A stretch of 64,000 bases of DNA, taken from Bacteroidales bacterium (GTDB lineage Bacteria; Bacteroidota; Bacteroidia; Bacteroidales; Muribaculaceae). Location: assembly GCA_014800895.1 (NCBI GenBank), contig JAAVFG010000008.1, positions 19,635 to 83,634 on the forward strand, read 5' to 3'. Made by a program: the position numbers and the translations under genes. Each line of letters opens with the position of its first letter. The first letter of the stretch is position 1. The notes under the pieces were generated by a model that did no database searches, was not told where the DNA came from, and saw nothing but the letters and a program-made list of their open reading frames with translations. Below are positions 1-10,975 of the stretch, piece by piece.

Positions 1-2
1 CG

Positions 3-227
3 GCTTTCCGTACACTTTGCGACTTAGCGGGAGTGAATTGTCAATATTTCGTCAATCATTCCGATGTGGCGGGAGGCTCCACTCTGGGAAATATCTCATC
101 ATCACAGTTTGATATGCGCGGCGTGGATATGGGTAACGCCATATGGGCGATGCACTCCGCGCGCGAAACAGCCGGCGTCTCCGACCATATTGACACTGTG
201 AAGGTGTTCACGCAGTTCTATTCCTGA
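3..227 (+). CDS. M18-family (aspartyl) aminopeptidase, C-terminal part (5' truncated by window edge)
   Basis: The frame is open from position 3. C-terminal motifs GGSTLG...VDMG.AIWAMHSARE are typical of M18 aminopeptidases. Confidence 0.8.
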   Translation, partial: AFRTLCDLAGVNCQYFVNHSDVAGGSTLGNISSSQFDMRGVDMGNAIWAMHSARETAGVSDHIDTVKVFTQFYS

Positions 228-337
228 AGGGAATCCGGAGATGTCTGACCGGTGTGGGGATGTGCCGGATCGGAAGAGATAAAACTTAAAAAAAGCAAAT
301 TAATAGGGGAATATGCCGTAATTACGGTTTAATTTAG

Positions 338-345
338 TAAATTTG
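338..345 (+). promoter_or_regulatory. Bacteroidetes -7 promoter element for tig
   Basis: TAAATTTG matches the TAnnTTTG consensus, ~80 nt upstream of the tig ATG. Confidence 0.55.
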
Positions 346-423
346 CAATATAAAAGGGGGTGATGCGAACGTATCACACCCTTATAGACATGATTTATAA
401 CCAATTTACAATATATCTAAGCG

Positions 424-1788
424 ATGAAAGTAGATTTTGCAAAGATCGACGACGTGAATGGCGTAGTGACCATCACGCTCGAAGAGAAAGACTATGCAGA
501 TAAAGTAAAAGATCAGCTGAAGGAGATCGGTAAGAAACACGCAGAGCCCGGTTTCCGCCCCGGCAAGGTGCCCGCAGGTATCATCCTGAAGAAATATGGC
601 AAGGGGGTTAAGTATGATGTGATCAATAAAGAGGTCGGCAACGCTCTCTACGAATATATCAAAAACGAAAATCTTCACGTTCTTGGTAATCCTGTCCCCA
701 TGCAGGGTAATGAATTCGATATCGACGCTAAGGATTTCGAGCTTAAATTCAAGGTAGGTATCGCTCCCGAGATCGATACTCACGTAAACAAGGATCTCCA
801 CATCCCTTACTATAACATCAAGGTGACTGATGAGATGATCGAGACCCAGGACAAGCAGTTCCGCCGCCGTTTCGGCAAGCAGGAGCCGGGCGACACTGTT
901 GACGCTACCGCACTTGTAAAGGGTGTGATCACCGAGCTTAACGAGGACGGCTCGGTAAAGGAGGGTGGTATCGTGGTTGAGAACGGTATCGTTGCTCCCG
1001 AATATTTCAAGAACGATGACCAGAAGAAGATTTTCGAGGGCAAGAAAGTTGGCGAAAGCTTCACTTTCAATCCCGCGGCTACCTGCGATTCAAATCCTGC
1101 CGAGCTCAGCTCAATGCTTAATGTAAGCAAGGAGGATGCGGAGAATCATAAGGGAGACTTCAAGTTTGATATCAAGGAGATCATCGTCCTCAAGCCCGCA
1201 GAGCACAATGAGGAGTTCTACAAGTCTGTATTCGGCAACGACGAGATCAAGACTGAGGAGGATTACAACAAGGCTCTCAAGGAGCTTCTCGAAGGCGCGC
1301 TTGCCAACGACTCCAACTTCCGTTTCTCCATGGATGCTAAGAAGGCTATCCTCGACGCTGTCGGCGAGCTCACTCTTCCCGATGAGATCCTCAAGGATTT
1401 CCTCAAGAGCCAGAATGAGCAGCTCACTGATGAGAATATCGACGAGGAGTATATCCGCGTTCGTCCCGAATTGACCTGGGAGCTCGTGAAAGAGGCTATC
1501 GCCAAGCAGCTTGACCTCAAGGTGACTGAGGAGGATGCTCTCGACACAGCACGCGCTATCGCACGCCAGCAGCTCGCGCAGTATGGAATGATGAATGTCC
1601 CCGCAGAGGCTCTCGACCGCTACGCTCATGACATTCTCAAGGATCAGAAGGCGGCTCAGCAGATCTATAATCAGGCTGCTGACCTCAAACTCTTCGATGC
1701 TATCCGCGACGCAGTGACTACTGACGACAAGGAGGTAAGCGTGGAGGAATTCAACGACCTCTTCCGCAACGAGCTCGCAGCAGAGTAA
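424..1788 (+). CDS. tig: Trigger factor
   Basis: 454 aa with the ribosome-binding signature PGFRPGKVP, directly upstream of clpP-clpX. Confidence 0.95.
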   Translation: MKVDFAKIDDVNGVVTITLEEKDYADKVKDQLKEIGKKHAEPGFRPGKVPAGIILKKYGKGVKYDVINKEVGNALYEYIKNENLHVLGNPVPMQGNEFDIDAKDFELKFKVGIAPEIDTHVNKDLHIPYYNIKVTDEMIETQDKQFRRRFGKQEPGDTVDATALVKGVITELNEDGSVKEGGIVVENGIVAPEYFKNDDQKKIFEGKKVGESFTFNPAATCDSNPAELSSMLNVSKEDAENHKGDFKFDIKEIIVLKPAEHNEEFYKSVFGNDEIKTEEDYNKALKELLEGALANDSNFRFSMDAKKAILDAVGELTLPDEILKDFLKSQNEQLTDENIDEEYIRVRPELTWELVKEAIAKQLDLKVTEEDALDTARAIARQQLAQYGMMNVPAEALDRYAHDILKDQKAAQQIYNQAADLKLFDAIRDAVTTDDKEVSVEEFNDLFRNELAAE

Positions 1789-1988
1789 GAAATAATCATG
1801 CCGGAAGGTTTTCGACTGCTTAAAGAAGAAAGATAGAAAAATCAGTCATCAGTAGCAGTTGATCTTTCAAAGGCTCGATGTCTCAACCGGCATTAAAGCC
1901 GTTTTGGCATAATAATTGTTATATATAAGTGGACAGGTTTACCCATTTCGGGTGCCCGTCCACTTATAACGTATTAAAATAAACGACA

Positions 1989-2702
1989 ATGCAGAAAGAC
2001 GATTTTAGAAACTATGCCGTCAATCATCTCGGTATGAGCTCCAACACCCTTGACTCATACGCAAGATATATAGATAAGAAGGCGGGGGGGATGATCACCT
2101 CTCCGATGGCTGACTATATGAATCCTTACATCCTTGAGGAGCGTCAGCTCAATGTGACCCAGATGGATGTATTCTCACGTCTGATGATGGACCGTATCAT
2201 CTTCCTCGGCACTCAGGTGACCGACCAGAGCTCCAATATCATCGAGGCGCAGATGCTATATCTTGATTCGGTAGATCCCGAGAAGGATATCTCCCTTTAT
2301 ATCAATTCACCCGGCGGATCGGTGTATGCAGGTCTCGGTATCTACGACACCATGCAGTATATCAGCTCCGATGTCTCCACTATCTGCACCGGTATGGCAG
2401 CTTCTATGGCAGCCGTGCTTCTCGTAGCAGGAGAGAAAGGTAAGCGTTACGCCCTCCCTCATTCCCGCGTGATGATCCATCAGCCGATGGGCGGTATCCA
2501 GGGTCAGGCATCCGATATCGAGATCACGGCACGCGAGATCCTGCGTCTTAAGGAGGAGCTCTACAAGATCATCTCCTCTCACTCCGGACAGCCATTCGAG
2601 AAAGTGGAGGCTGACTCCGACCGTGACTATTGGATGATCGCTGCCGAGGCAAAGGAATATGGCATGATCGACAGCATTTTGGAAAACCGTAACAAGAAGT
2701 AA
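1989..2702 (+). CDS. clpP: ATP-dependent Clp protease proteolytic subunit
   Basis: [33 protein letters not shown] (catalytic Ser), RVMIHQP, DRDYW. Confidence 0.97.
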   Translation: MQKDDFRNYAVNHLGMSSNTLDSYARYIDKKAGGMITSPMADYMNPYILEERQLNVTQMDVFSRLMMDRIIFLGTQVTDQSSNIIEAQMLYLDSVDPEKDISLYINSPGGSVYAGLGIYDTMQYISSDVSTICTGMAASMAAVLLVAGEKGKRYALPHSRVMIHQPMGGIQGQASDIEITAREILRLKEELYKIISSHSGQPFEKVEADSDRDYWMIAAEAKEYGMIDSILENRNKK

Positions 2703-2710
2703 GAGAATTA

Positions 2711-3973
2711 ATGGCAAACAACAAGCAGATGCTGGTATGTTCCATGTGCGGAAATGTTGACTCCCCCTCTACTCCGGTAGTGAAGGTCTTCGACGGTCTG
2801 AATCTCTGTACGGATTGTATCGGATTCATAGATGAAGCACGTGACACCCAGCTGAAGGTGCGCAAGGCATCTGAGAAAAAGGGGAAGAAAGAGCCAGCTC
2901 TCTCTATCCCCAAGCCGAAGGAGATTAATGATTTCCTTAATCAGTATATCATCGGCCAGGAGGAAGCTAAGAAGTATCTGTCGGTAGCGGTGTATAACCA
3001 CTACAAGCGTATCAACGATCAGGAGAAGCAGGATAAGGATGACGACGTGGATATCGAAAAGTCAAATATTATCCTTGTCGGACCTACCGGAACGGGCAAA
3101 ACTCTTCTTGCCAAGACAATAGCGCGTCTGCTTGATGTCCCGTTCACTATCGTTGACGCAACCGTCCTTACCGAGGCGGGTTATGTCGGCGAGGATATCG
3201 AGTCGCTTCTCACCCGACTTCTCCAGGCATGTGATTATGATGTGGAGAAGGCACAGAAGGGAATCGTCTTTATTGACGAGATCGATAAGATTGCCCGCAA
3301 GAGCGATAATCCCTCGATCACCCGTGATGTCAGCGGCGAGGGCGTACAGCAGGGTCTTCTCAAACTGCTCGAGGGGAGCACGGTCCTTGTGCCTCCTAAT
3401 GGCGGACGCAAGCATCCCGAGCAGAAACTGATTCCCGTGGATACCAAGAATATCCTCTTCATCTGCGGAGGTGCCTTCGATGGTATAGAGCGCAAGATTG
3501 CTTCTCGATTAAATACACATATGGTCGGTTTCGGGCATGATGGAAAGGGGATGAAGAAGCAGCGCGAAAACCTCATGAGGTATGTGATGCCGCAGGATCT
3601 GAAGAGCTTCGGTCTAATCCCGGAGATTATCGGCCGTCTGCCGGTGCTGACCTCTCTCGAGCCGTTGGATAAGGAGGCTTTGCTCCGTATCCTTACCGAG
3701 CCTAAGAATGCCATCACACGTCAGTATCAGAAACTCTTTGAGATGGATGGAGTCAAACTGATATTTGACGACTCGGCTCTTAATCTTATCGCCGACAAGG
3801 CGATCGAGTATAAACTCGGTGCGCGCGGTCTGCGCTCGATCGTGGAGACCATCATGGTCGACGCCATGTATGAGATTCCGTCCAAGAAGGTGAAGGAATT
3901 TGTAGTGGATGCCGACTATGTAGCCAAACAGCTTGAGAAAGCTCACTTTGAAAAGACAAAAATAGAGGGTTGA
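2711..3973 (+). CDS. clpX: ATP-dependent Clp protease ATP-binding subunit
   Basis: N-terminal C4 zinc finger, Walker [18 protein letters not shown], Walker [26 protein letters not shown]. Confidence 0.97.
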   Translation: MANNKQMLVCSMCGNVDSPSTPVVKVFDGLNLCTDCIGFIDEARDTQLKVRKASEKKGKKEPALSIPKPKEINDFLNQYIIGQEEAKKYLSVAVYNHYKRINDQEKQDKDDDVDIEKSNIILVGPTGTGKTLLAKTIARLLDVPFTIVDATVLTEAGYVGEDIESLLTRLLQACDYDVEKAQKGIVFIDEIDKIARKSDNPSITRDVSGEGVQQGLLKLLEGSTVLVPPNGGRKHPEQKLIPVDTKNILFICGGAFDGIERKIASRLNTHMVGFGHDGKGMKKQRENLMRYVMPQDLKSFGLIPEIIGRLPVLTSLEPLDKEALLRILTEPKNAITRQYQKLFEMDGVKLIFDDSALNLIADKAIEYKLGARGLRSIVETIMVDAMYEIPSKKVKEFVVDADYVAKQLEKAHFEKTKIEG

Positions 3974-3990
3974 TCCCCGCTATAAGATTG

Positions 3991-4029
3991 AAGGAGCGGT
4001 TATGACATTCGAGTCATAACCGCTTTTTC
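3991..4029 (+). terminator. Intrinsic terminator after clpX
   Basis: AGCGGTTATGAC-ATTCG(A)-GTCATAACCGCT stem followed by a T-run. Confidence 0.8.
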
Positions 4030-4133
4030 TATATAAATTTACTCTTTTTTCTTTTCGGAGGTACTTGATAATTTAGAATATTTCACTTAACTTTGTGTAT
4101 ACCTCAAATCTTTTTATACTTAAAGACTCCTCT

Positions 4134-6314
4134 ATGAAACTCTCAGGTGATATCCGTGAAGCCCTCAAAAGGCATTTCGGTTTTGATAATTTCAAGGAAC
4201 AGCAGAAAGAGATAATCGAGTCCCTGATGCGCGGGGAAGATGTCTTTGTGCTGATGCCTACCGGAGGTGGAAAATCACTATGTTACCAGTTGCCCGCTTT
4301 GATGTCGGAGGGGACTGCAATCGTCATCTCTCCCCTGATAGCCTTGATGAAGAATCAGGTCGATGCGCTCCGCCATTATTCAGAGACCGAGGGGATAGCT
4401 CATTTCCTCAATTCCTCCCTCTCGAGAAAGGAAGCCGAAGCGGTGAAAAAAGATGTGAGGGAGGGTATCACAAAGCTCCTCTATGTCGCTCCCGAATCAT
4501 TGGCAAAGGAGGAGAATGTCGAATTTCTGAAATCAATAAAGATATCATTCTTCGCCATAGATGAGGCACACTGTATCTCGGAATGGGGACACGACTTCCG
4601 TCCGGAATATCGTCGTATACGTCCCATGATAGCAGGGATAGGGAACTGCCCGGTGATAGCCCTTACTGCCACGGCCACTCCAAAAGTGCAGATGGATATA
4701 CAGAAGAATCTCGGCATAAAGGATGCCCGCATATTCCGCTCAAGCTTCAACCGCGAGAATCTATATTATGAGGTGCGCCCCAAGACCAAGGATGTCGACA
4801 GGGATATCATCCGGTATATCAGGAATCATGCCGGCGAGTCGGGCATAATCTATTGTCTCAGCCGAAAGAAAGTGGAGGAGCTGGCGGAAACGCTAAGGAT
4901 CAACGGCGTCTCCGTCCTCCCTTATCATGCAGGAATGGAGCCCGCGAAAAGATCGGAAAATCAGGATGCTTTCCTTCAGGAGAAAGTGAAAGTGATTGTA
5001 GCAACAATCGCATTCGGTATGGGAATAGACAAGCCAGATGTACGCTTCGTGATTCATTATGACATCCCGAAAAGTCTTGAAGGCTACTATCAGGAGACGG
5101 GTCGCGCCGGACGCGACGGACAGGGTGGAAGATGCATCACATTCTTCTCTCATAAGGATCTCCAGAAGCTCGACAAACTGATGCAGAGCAAGTCGGGGAG
5201 TGAGATTGAGATAAGCCGCCAGCTACTGATGGAGACTGCCGGATATGCCGAGTCAGCTGTATGCCGACGTAAAATTTTGCTCCATTACTTCGGAGAGGAA
5301 TATCATGAGGAAAATTGCGGATGTTGCGACAACTGTCTTGAGCCCCGCAAGCAGATAGAGGCGGGAGAGGAGCTTGCACTTGCCCTTGAGCTTATAAGAG
5401 ACTCGGGAGAGAAGTACAAACAGGAATATATCGCCAATCTCCTTATCGGGAGACGCACGGATGAAGTGAAATTTCATGGAGATGACAATCTGGAATTATT
5501 CGGAGTCCTCAAAGACTATGAGGAGAAACTGGCGCTCGCGTTGCTGAGGCAGGCGGTGATAGCCGGCTATCTTGAGCGCGACCTGGTGAATTACGGCAGA
5601 TTGAAACTCACCGGGGCAGGGCGTGAATTTATCCGGACCCCCGGCTCCTTTAAAATAGTGGAGGATAGGAATTATGATGATACGACGGCGGATAGCGCAC
5701 TCCGCTCCGGATCATCATGCGCCGCCGATCCTGCCCTTTACGCGATGCTGAAAGATCTGAGACGCAGCATAGCCAGAAAACATAATCTGCCTCCATACGT
5801 AATATTCCAGGACCCCTCCATCGAGGCAATGGCTACATCCTATCCCGTCACTGAGGAGGAATTGCTCTCTATCCCCGGGGTAGGCATAGGGAAAGCGAGA
5901 AGATACGGTAATGAGTTTCTGGAGCTTATCCGCCGTCATGTGGATGAGAATGATATCATTCGCCCCGAGGATATCAGGGTAAGGGCTGTGCCGAAGAAGA
6001 ATAATCTCAAGGTAGCTATCATCCAGGCTATCGACCGCAAAATTAATCTTGAGGAATTGGCAGAGGTAAAGGGACTGGATTTCGATGATCTTATAGATGA
6101 ATTGGAATCGATTGTCGAGTCAGGCACAAAAATAGATATCGATTACTACATTGATGAGGTGATGGATGAAGACTTGGTGGAAGATATCATCGATTACTTC
6201 ATGGAGCAGGAAGAGGATAATCTTGATCTGGCGATTCAGGAAATGGGAGAGGTTGCGGAAGAAAATGATATCCGCCTGATAAGGATAAAATTCCTGTCGG
6301 AAATGGGAAATTAA
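4134..6314 (+). CDS. recQ: ATP-dependent DNA helicase RecQ
   Basis: MPTGGGKS, DEAHCISEWGHDFRPEY, ALTATAT, YYQETGRAGRDG, Zn-binding cysteines, RQC and HRDC regions. ATG at 4134 is preferred because TAACTTTG lies at ~4088. Confidence 0.96.
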   Translation: MKLSGDIREALKRHFGFDNFKEQQKEIIESLMRGEDVFVLMPTGGGKSLCYQLPALMSEGTAIVISPLIALMKNQVDALRHYSETEGIAHFLNSSLSRKEAEAVKKDVREGITKLLYVAPESLAKEENVEFLKSIKISFFAIDEAHCISEWGHDFRPEYRRIRPMIAGIGNCPVIALTATATPKVQMDIQKNLGIKDARIFRSSFNRENLYYEVRPKTKDVDRDIIRYIRNHAGESGIIYCLSRKKVEELAETLRINGVSVLPYHAGMEPAKRSENQDAFLQEKVKVIVATIAFGMGIDKPDVRFVIHYDIPKSLEGYYQETGRAGRDGQGGRCITFFSHKDLQKLDKLMQSKSGSEIEISRQLLMETAGYAESAVCRRKILLHYFGEEYHEENCGCCDNCLEPRKQIEAGEELALALELIRDSGEKYKQEYIANLLIGRRTDEVKFHGDDNLELFGVLKDYEEKLALALLRQAVIAGYLERDLVNYGRLKLTGAGREFIRTPGSFKIVEDRNYDDTTADSALRSGSSCAADPALYAMLKDLRRSIARKHNLPPYVIFQDPSIEAMATSYPVTEEELLSIPGVGIGKARRYGNEFLELIRRHVDENDIIRPEDIRVRAVPKKNNLKVAIIQAIDRKINLEELAEVKGLDFDDLIDELESIVESGTKIDIDYYIDEVMDEDLVEDIIDYFMEQEEDNLDLAIQEMGEVAEENDIRLIRIKFLSEMGN

Positions 6315-6410
6315 AGGAAAAGTTTTGAAGATAATCATTTAAAGGGGTAAACGTCGAGCAATTTTCCTAAAATGCGGACGTTAGAAAAAATAGTGAAACG
6401 AATTATAGAA

Positions 6411-8336
6411 ATGAAGACAAAAATGTTGGTCGGTGTCGGGTTGACGGCTTTCACGCTTGCCCTCGCCGCAAAAGATGCCGTCATCATGACGGTGAACGGT
6501 GTGGATGTTCCCCGATCCGAATTTGAATATCTCTATCATAAGAATAGTCAGCAGCAGATGGATCCCCAGCCTATCAATGAGTATGTGGACCTCTTCAAGC
6601 TTTACAAATTGAAAGTGGCTGATGCCCGTGCCGAGGGACTTGACACTTTGGAGTCATTCCGCAACGAGATGGCGCAGTATCGTCATGATCTCGCGGCACC
6701 TTATCTTGCCGACTCCACCTATCTCAATACTCTTCTCGATGAGGCGGTGACACGCTCCAAGGAGGAGGTAGAGGCACGTCATATAATGTTCTTCAAGACC
6801 CGCGATGCCAAGACAAATGCCGAATTGCGCCAGCGCGCCGACAGCTTGGTGAAGGTGCTCCGCGCCGGCGGTGATTTCGGGGAGCTCGCAGGCAAATACT
6901 CTCAGGATCGAGGCAGTAACGGTCGTGGTGGTTATATGGGATATATCACAGCCCTTCGTTTCCCCTACAATTTCGAGACAGCCGCTTACACTCTGAATGA
7001 CGGTGAGATATCAGATGTAGTAGAGTCTCCGCAGGGTTATCATATCCTCAAAGGGGGGCATCATCGTCCCGCAAGTGGAAAAGTGCATGCCTCGCATATC
7101 CTCATTTCTACTCAAGGCTCGACTGACAATGGAGTAAAGGCTAAGGCGCTTGCCGACTCTCTTTATAAGGTGGTGAGTGCTGACCCTTCGAAGTTTGCCG
7201 ATGTGGCTCGTCGCTTCTCTGACGACCCCGGTTCGGGCAAGAATGGGGGAGACCTTTCATGGTTTGGAAGAGGCGAGATGGTGCAGGAGTTCGACTCCGT
7301 CTCTTTCGCCATACCCGACGGCGCAATCAGCGAACCCTTCGCAACACGTTTCGGCTATCATATCATCAACCGCCATGAGAGCAAAGGCGCACCCTCCAAA
7401 GAGGAATTGAGTCCCGTTTTCTACTCCCGTCTTTCTCAGGGCGATGAGAGAGGAAAACTCGTTAAGCTTCATCAGACTAATACTCTGGAGAAGAAACATA
7501 AGGGGAAAGTAAATACCGCTGTTTTTGATGCTTTGAAAGCTGATGTCAGATCCAATGGCATAGACTCGCTATTCTATCAGAAATGGACAGGCTCCCCCAA
7601 GCAAATTGCCTCGATCGGTAAGAAGAAATATCCGGTAGGAGGATTTATTGACTTCCTGGGAGGACGTCAGAATCCGAACAGCGGAGAGGCGGAGAGACTC
7701 CTTTCAGATGCGTGGGATGCCTATTACAATAATCTCCTTGTTGAAGTCGAGGAGGATATGCTTATGGCCACCACTCCCGAATATGCCAATCTTTACCGTG
7801 AATATGTTGACGGCTCACTGCTCTACGAGATCAGTGTGAGAAAAGTATGGGATAAGGCGGCAAAGGATGAAAAGGCGCTGCAGGCATATTTTGAGGAGAA
7901 CAAGGATGATTACCGTTGGGATGCTCCCCGCGCCAAGGGATATTTGGTAGAGGCAATCAACGACTCCGTTGCGAGCCTTGTCAAGAAGCGTGCCCTTGAG
8001 ATAGGAAGAGACTCACTTGTCAACTCCTTCCGTAAGGAGTTCCCCCGCGAGGTATCGATCAAGAAAGTGCTTGAGCCGCGTGGTGCTAACGCAATGGTTG
8101 ATAACCTAATCTTCAACGGTCCGGAGGCAGACGTGTCAAACTCTAAATATAAGGTATACTTCATGCTTGATCCCCGGGTGCTGACCCTCCCCGAAGAGCT
8201 GAATGATGTCAAAGGGATTGTGACTACTGACTATCAGAACGAGCTTCAGGCGGCATGGGAAGAGGAGCTTTTGAAAAAATATCCTGTAAAGATAAATGAG
8301 AAAGAAGTAAAGAAAGTCGGCGCCTCTGTTCGCTGA
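6411..8336 (+). CDS. Periplasmic parvulin-type peptidyl-prolyl isomerase (PpiC/PpiD/SurA-like)
   Basis: Signal peptide plus two rotamase domains (ARHIM..SQD.GS..GG.MG; ASHIL..SDDPGS..GGDL). An alternative start lies at 6372. Confidence 0.88.
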   Translation: MKTKMLVGVGLTAFTLALAAKDAVIMTVNGVDVPRSEFEYLYHKNSQQQMDPQPINEYVDLFKLYKLKVADARAEGLDTLESFRNEMAQYRHDLAAPYLADSTYLNTLLDEAVTRSKEEVEARHIMFFKTRDAKTNAELRQRADSLVKVLRAGGDFGELAGKYSQDRGSNGRGGYMGYITALRFPYNFETAAYTLNDGEISDVVESPQGYHILKGGHHRPASGKVHASHILISTQGSTDNGVKAKALADSLYKVVSADPSKFADVARRFSDDPGSGKNGGDLSWFGRGEMVQEFDSVSFAIPDGAISEPFATRFGYHIINRHESKGAPSKEELSPVFYSRLSQGDERGKLVKLHQTNTLEKKHKGKVNTAVFDALKADVRSNGIDSLFYQKWTGSPKQIASIGKKKYPVGGFIDFLGGRQNPNSGEAERLLSDAWDAYYNNLLVEVEEDMLMATTPEYANLYREYVDGSLLYEISVRKVWDKAAKDEKALQAYFEENKDDYRWDAPRAKGYLVEAINDSVASLVKKRALEIGRDSLVNSFRKEFPREVSIKKVLEPRGANAMVDNLIFNGPEADVSNSKYKVYFMLDPRVLTLPEELNDVKGIVTTDYQNELQAAWEEELLKKYPVKINEKEVKKVGASVR

Positions 8337-8350
8337 TAAATAAGATAAAT

Positions 8351-8383
8351 AGAAGGGGACACTTCCAAAGAGTGTCCCTTTCT
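8351..8383 (+). terminator. Terminator-like hairpin after the PPIase gene
   Basis: AGAAGGGGACACT-TCCAAAG-AGTGTCCCTTTCT. Confidence 0.65.
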
Positions 8384-8486
8384 CTATTGATTTAATCAAT
8401 ATATCTCCGCGAAGAAGTGGAAATTTCATTACCTTTGTATATTTTCCACTACGGCAAACAGTCACATACATGCTTATTATCTGATT

Positions 8487-9389
8487 ATGAAATATCTGAA
8501 GACATCGGTCATCATCTTCTCTTCTCTAATCCTTTCTCTTATCTCCTCCATACTCATGACAGGTTGCGGCGAGAAAACTCAGCCGAAAGAGAACGAGGGG
8601 GAGATTTTGCTTGAAATAGGAGATTCGGTTATTTATAAAGAGGAGATAGAGCGCCTGATACCCTATGGATTAGTGCCGGAAGATAGCGTGGCTTTATTTC
8701 ATCAGATTATTGACAGTAGGGTGGAGAGTATATTGCTTGAGGATTTGGCGAAAGAGAATGTCATTGACCTTGAAAGAATTGACCGCCTGACACAGACATA
8801 TCGCAATCGCCTCATCATAGAGGAGTATCTCAGGAAAATGGAGGAGGGAGCCTCCACCAAAGCAAATGATAAGGAGATAGAGAGGTATTACGCACAATAT
8901 GGGGATAGTATGATACTCACCCAGCCGTTAGTAAAAGGTATCTATCTTCGCACCACCTCCGGAGATGACCGTCTTCCGGATATACGACAGTGGGTAAAAT
9001 CTGCATCCCAGGGGGATGTGGACCAACTTGAAAAGAAGGGCCTGCGTGAAGCTACGGGATATGAGTATTTTGCCGACCGCTGGGTGGAATGGAGCGCCAT
9101 AGCCGAGCAATTACCTGTCCGCGTGAAAGATGCCGATAATTTTCTGAGGGAGAATAAGGAGTATGAGATTGAAAGGGGCGGAACGGTCTATCTCCTTCAT
9201 GTCTCTGATTTCATACCGTCAGGCGAGAAAATGCCGGAAGCCTATGCCAAAAGCAAGATATCGGAAATATTAACCGACAAACATTCCGGAGAATACCGCT
9301 CGCGGTTGAAAGAGTCCATTTACCGACGTGCCATAGAAGATGGAAAGATGAAACCCGGTACATATAATCCCTTCATGGGATTAAAATGA
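8487..9389 (+). CDS. Conserved Bacteroidetes lipoprotein of the PPIase/surA cluster (foldase-like)
   Basis: Lipobox-like LMTGC. It occupies the position between the PPIase and surA, as I recall for Bacteroides gene order. TACCTTTG promoter-like element at ~8430. Confidence 0.7.
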   Translation: MKYLKTSVIIFSSLILSLISSILMTGCGEKTQPKENEGEILLEIGDSVIYKEEIERLIPYGLVPEDSVALFHQIIDSRVESILLEDLAKENVIDLERIDRLTQTYRNRLIIEEYLRKMEEGASTKANDKEIERYYAQYGDSMILTQPLVKGIYLRTTSGDDRLPDIRQWVKSASQGDVDQLEKKGLREATGYEYFADRWVEWSAIAEQLPVRVKDADNFLRENKEYEIERGGTVYLLHVSDFIPSGEKMPEAYAKSKISEILTDKHSGEYRSRLKESIYRRAIEDGKMKPGTYNPFMGLK

Positions 9390-9391
9390 AA

Positions 9392-9423
9392 GACCCGCTT
9401 CTCCTTATCGGAGAAAGCAGGTC
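9392..9423. terminator. Hairpin between the convergent lipoprotein and thiD genes
   Basis: GACCCGCTTCTCC-TTATC-GGAGAAAGCAGGTC imperfect stem. Confidence 0.6.
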
Positions 9424-9458
9424 ATCTTACAGTCGTTACTATAACCTTAACGGCACAC

Positions 9459-10289
9459 CTATTGAATAGGTTTCGGATCGAAGAGATGGTTCACCGGTCC
9501 GTGTCCATGTCCGATACTGAACCCGGCTCCCGACCTGATTGCTTTCGTTATGTAATCCTTAGCCAAGCGCGCGGCATTATTCATATTTTCTCCTATAGCT
9601 AAAAAAGAAGCGAGGGCAGAGGATAGAGTGCAGCCTGTACCATGTGTATTGACAGTCGCTATGCGCTCGGAGCTCATAGCGATTGTTTCTCCCGTCTCGG
9701 CATTATAGAAATAATCAGTCAGTTTCTTTTCCACCAGATGACCCGCCTTCAGGAATACGGACACTCCGCGGCATTTATCTGACAGTCGGCGAGCCGCATC
9801 AGGCAGAGCATCATTGGAGAGTATTTTCTCGCCCAGAAGAATCTCAGCCTCCGGAATATTGGGGGTGATTATACGTGCCATAGGTATAAGCTCTTCCCGA
9901 AGTGTCTCAACGGCGTCCGCTTCGAGAAGAGGGTCGCCGGAGGTAGCGACCATGACGGGATCAAGCACAATGTTTCTTATCTCAGGATACGCACATAGTG
10001 TATCCTTTACCTCCAGCACCAGTCGGGAGGAATGAAGCATACCTATTTTTATAGCGTCAGCTCCTATATCGTCGAGAACGGAGCGTATCTGTCCGGCGAC
10101 GAATTGTTCGGGAATGGTGTGTACATCATAAACTCCTACTGTATTCTCATCTACCACGGCGGTTATAGCCGTAGCTGCGTAGCATCCGCACGCTGAGATA
10201 GTCTTTATGTCCGCCTGTATGCCGGCACCTCCGCTCGGGTCGCTTCCGGCTATACTAAGCACACGCCTGTAATATCGCTTATTATCCAT
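9459..10289 (-). CDS. thiD: Hydroxymethylpyrimidine/phosphomethylpyrimidine kinase
   Basis: VLSIAGSDPSGGAGIQADIKT, KIGML, ITPNIPEA, THGTGCTLSSA, GHGHGPVNH. Confidence 0.96.
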   Translation of the reverse strand: MDNKRYYRRVLSIAGSDPSGGAGIQADIKTISACGCYAATAITAVVDENTVGVYDVHTIPEQFVAGQIRSVLDDIGADAIKIGMLHSSRLVLEVKDTLCAYPEIRNIVLDPVMVATSGDPLLEADAVETLREELIPMARIITPNIPEAEILLGEKILSNDALPDAARRLSDKCRGVSVFLKAGHLVEKKLTDYFYNAETGETIAMSSERIATVNTHGTGCTLSSALASFLAIGENMNNAARLAKDYITKAIRSGAGFSIGHGHGPVNHLFDPKPIQ

Positions 10290-10296
10290 AATCTAT

Positions 10297-10968
10297 CTAT
10301 ATTTCCCATTTTTCAAGTTTCCACGCGCTATCCCAGAAAAAATACTCCATGCGAGTGCAAAATATAAATATTTCAGTCATTTTATTTTGTATCTCTTCCG
10401 ATGCTCTTGCGGCAAGACTGTCGCATATCTCCACAGCTCTGGCAGTGGCTTTCTCGAAATACTCATCGGCATAAGTCTCAATCCATGCTTTGTATGGATT
10501 ATTCTCCATACCGGATGCCGAGGTATATATATGCATTCCCACACGTTGATAGACCACAAAACAGGGGAGCAGGGCGGCAACCTCCACCTCCACCGGCTCG
10601 TACGCCATGCTTTTAAGGGTAGAGGTATAGAGTGCACAGGTCGGCGACATCTGCAGGTCGTCGTTTACCTTCTCTCCCAGATAGAAGGAATGAAGGCTCT
10701 GTTCCACAGTGATTCCGTCAGTAGCGAAGCGCAGGAAGTCGGCGGCATATTCATCAGGGTGGATACGTGATGCCACATGAGCGAGTACCCGGAAATATTC
10801 TTTAAGATAGAGTCTGTCTTGCGAGAGATAATGAAGATATTTCTCGCGAGATAGGTTTCCGGCTGCCAGTTCCTTTATGAATGGCGAGCATAATATTTTC
10901 TGATATATATCCTCCGCGTATCTCCATACTCTCTCGCTCCAAAGGGAAGCGGGATTCTCTTTCTCCAT
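10297..10968 (-). CDS. tenA: TenA (thiaminase II / aminopyrimidine aminohydrolase)
   Basis: YLSQDRLYL, ALLPCF.VY (catalytic Cys), NPYKAWIETY, EYFFWD.AW, in a thi-operon context. Confidence 0.9.
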   Translation of the reverse strand: MEKENPASLWSERVWRYAEDIYQKILCSPFIKELAAGNLSREKYLHYLSQDRLYLKEYFRVLAHVASRIHPDEYAADFLRFATDGITVEQSLHSFYLGEKVNDDLQMSPTCALYTSTLKSMAYEPVEVEVAALLPCFVVYQRVGMHIYTSASGMENNPYKAWIETYADEYFEKATARAVEICDSLAARASEEIQNKMTEIFIFCTRMEYFFWDSAWKLEKWEI

Positions 10969-10975
10969 ACCGGTA

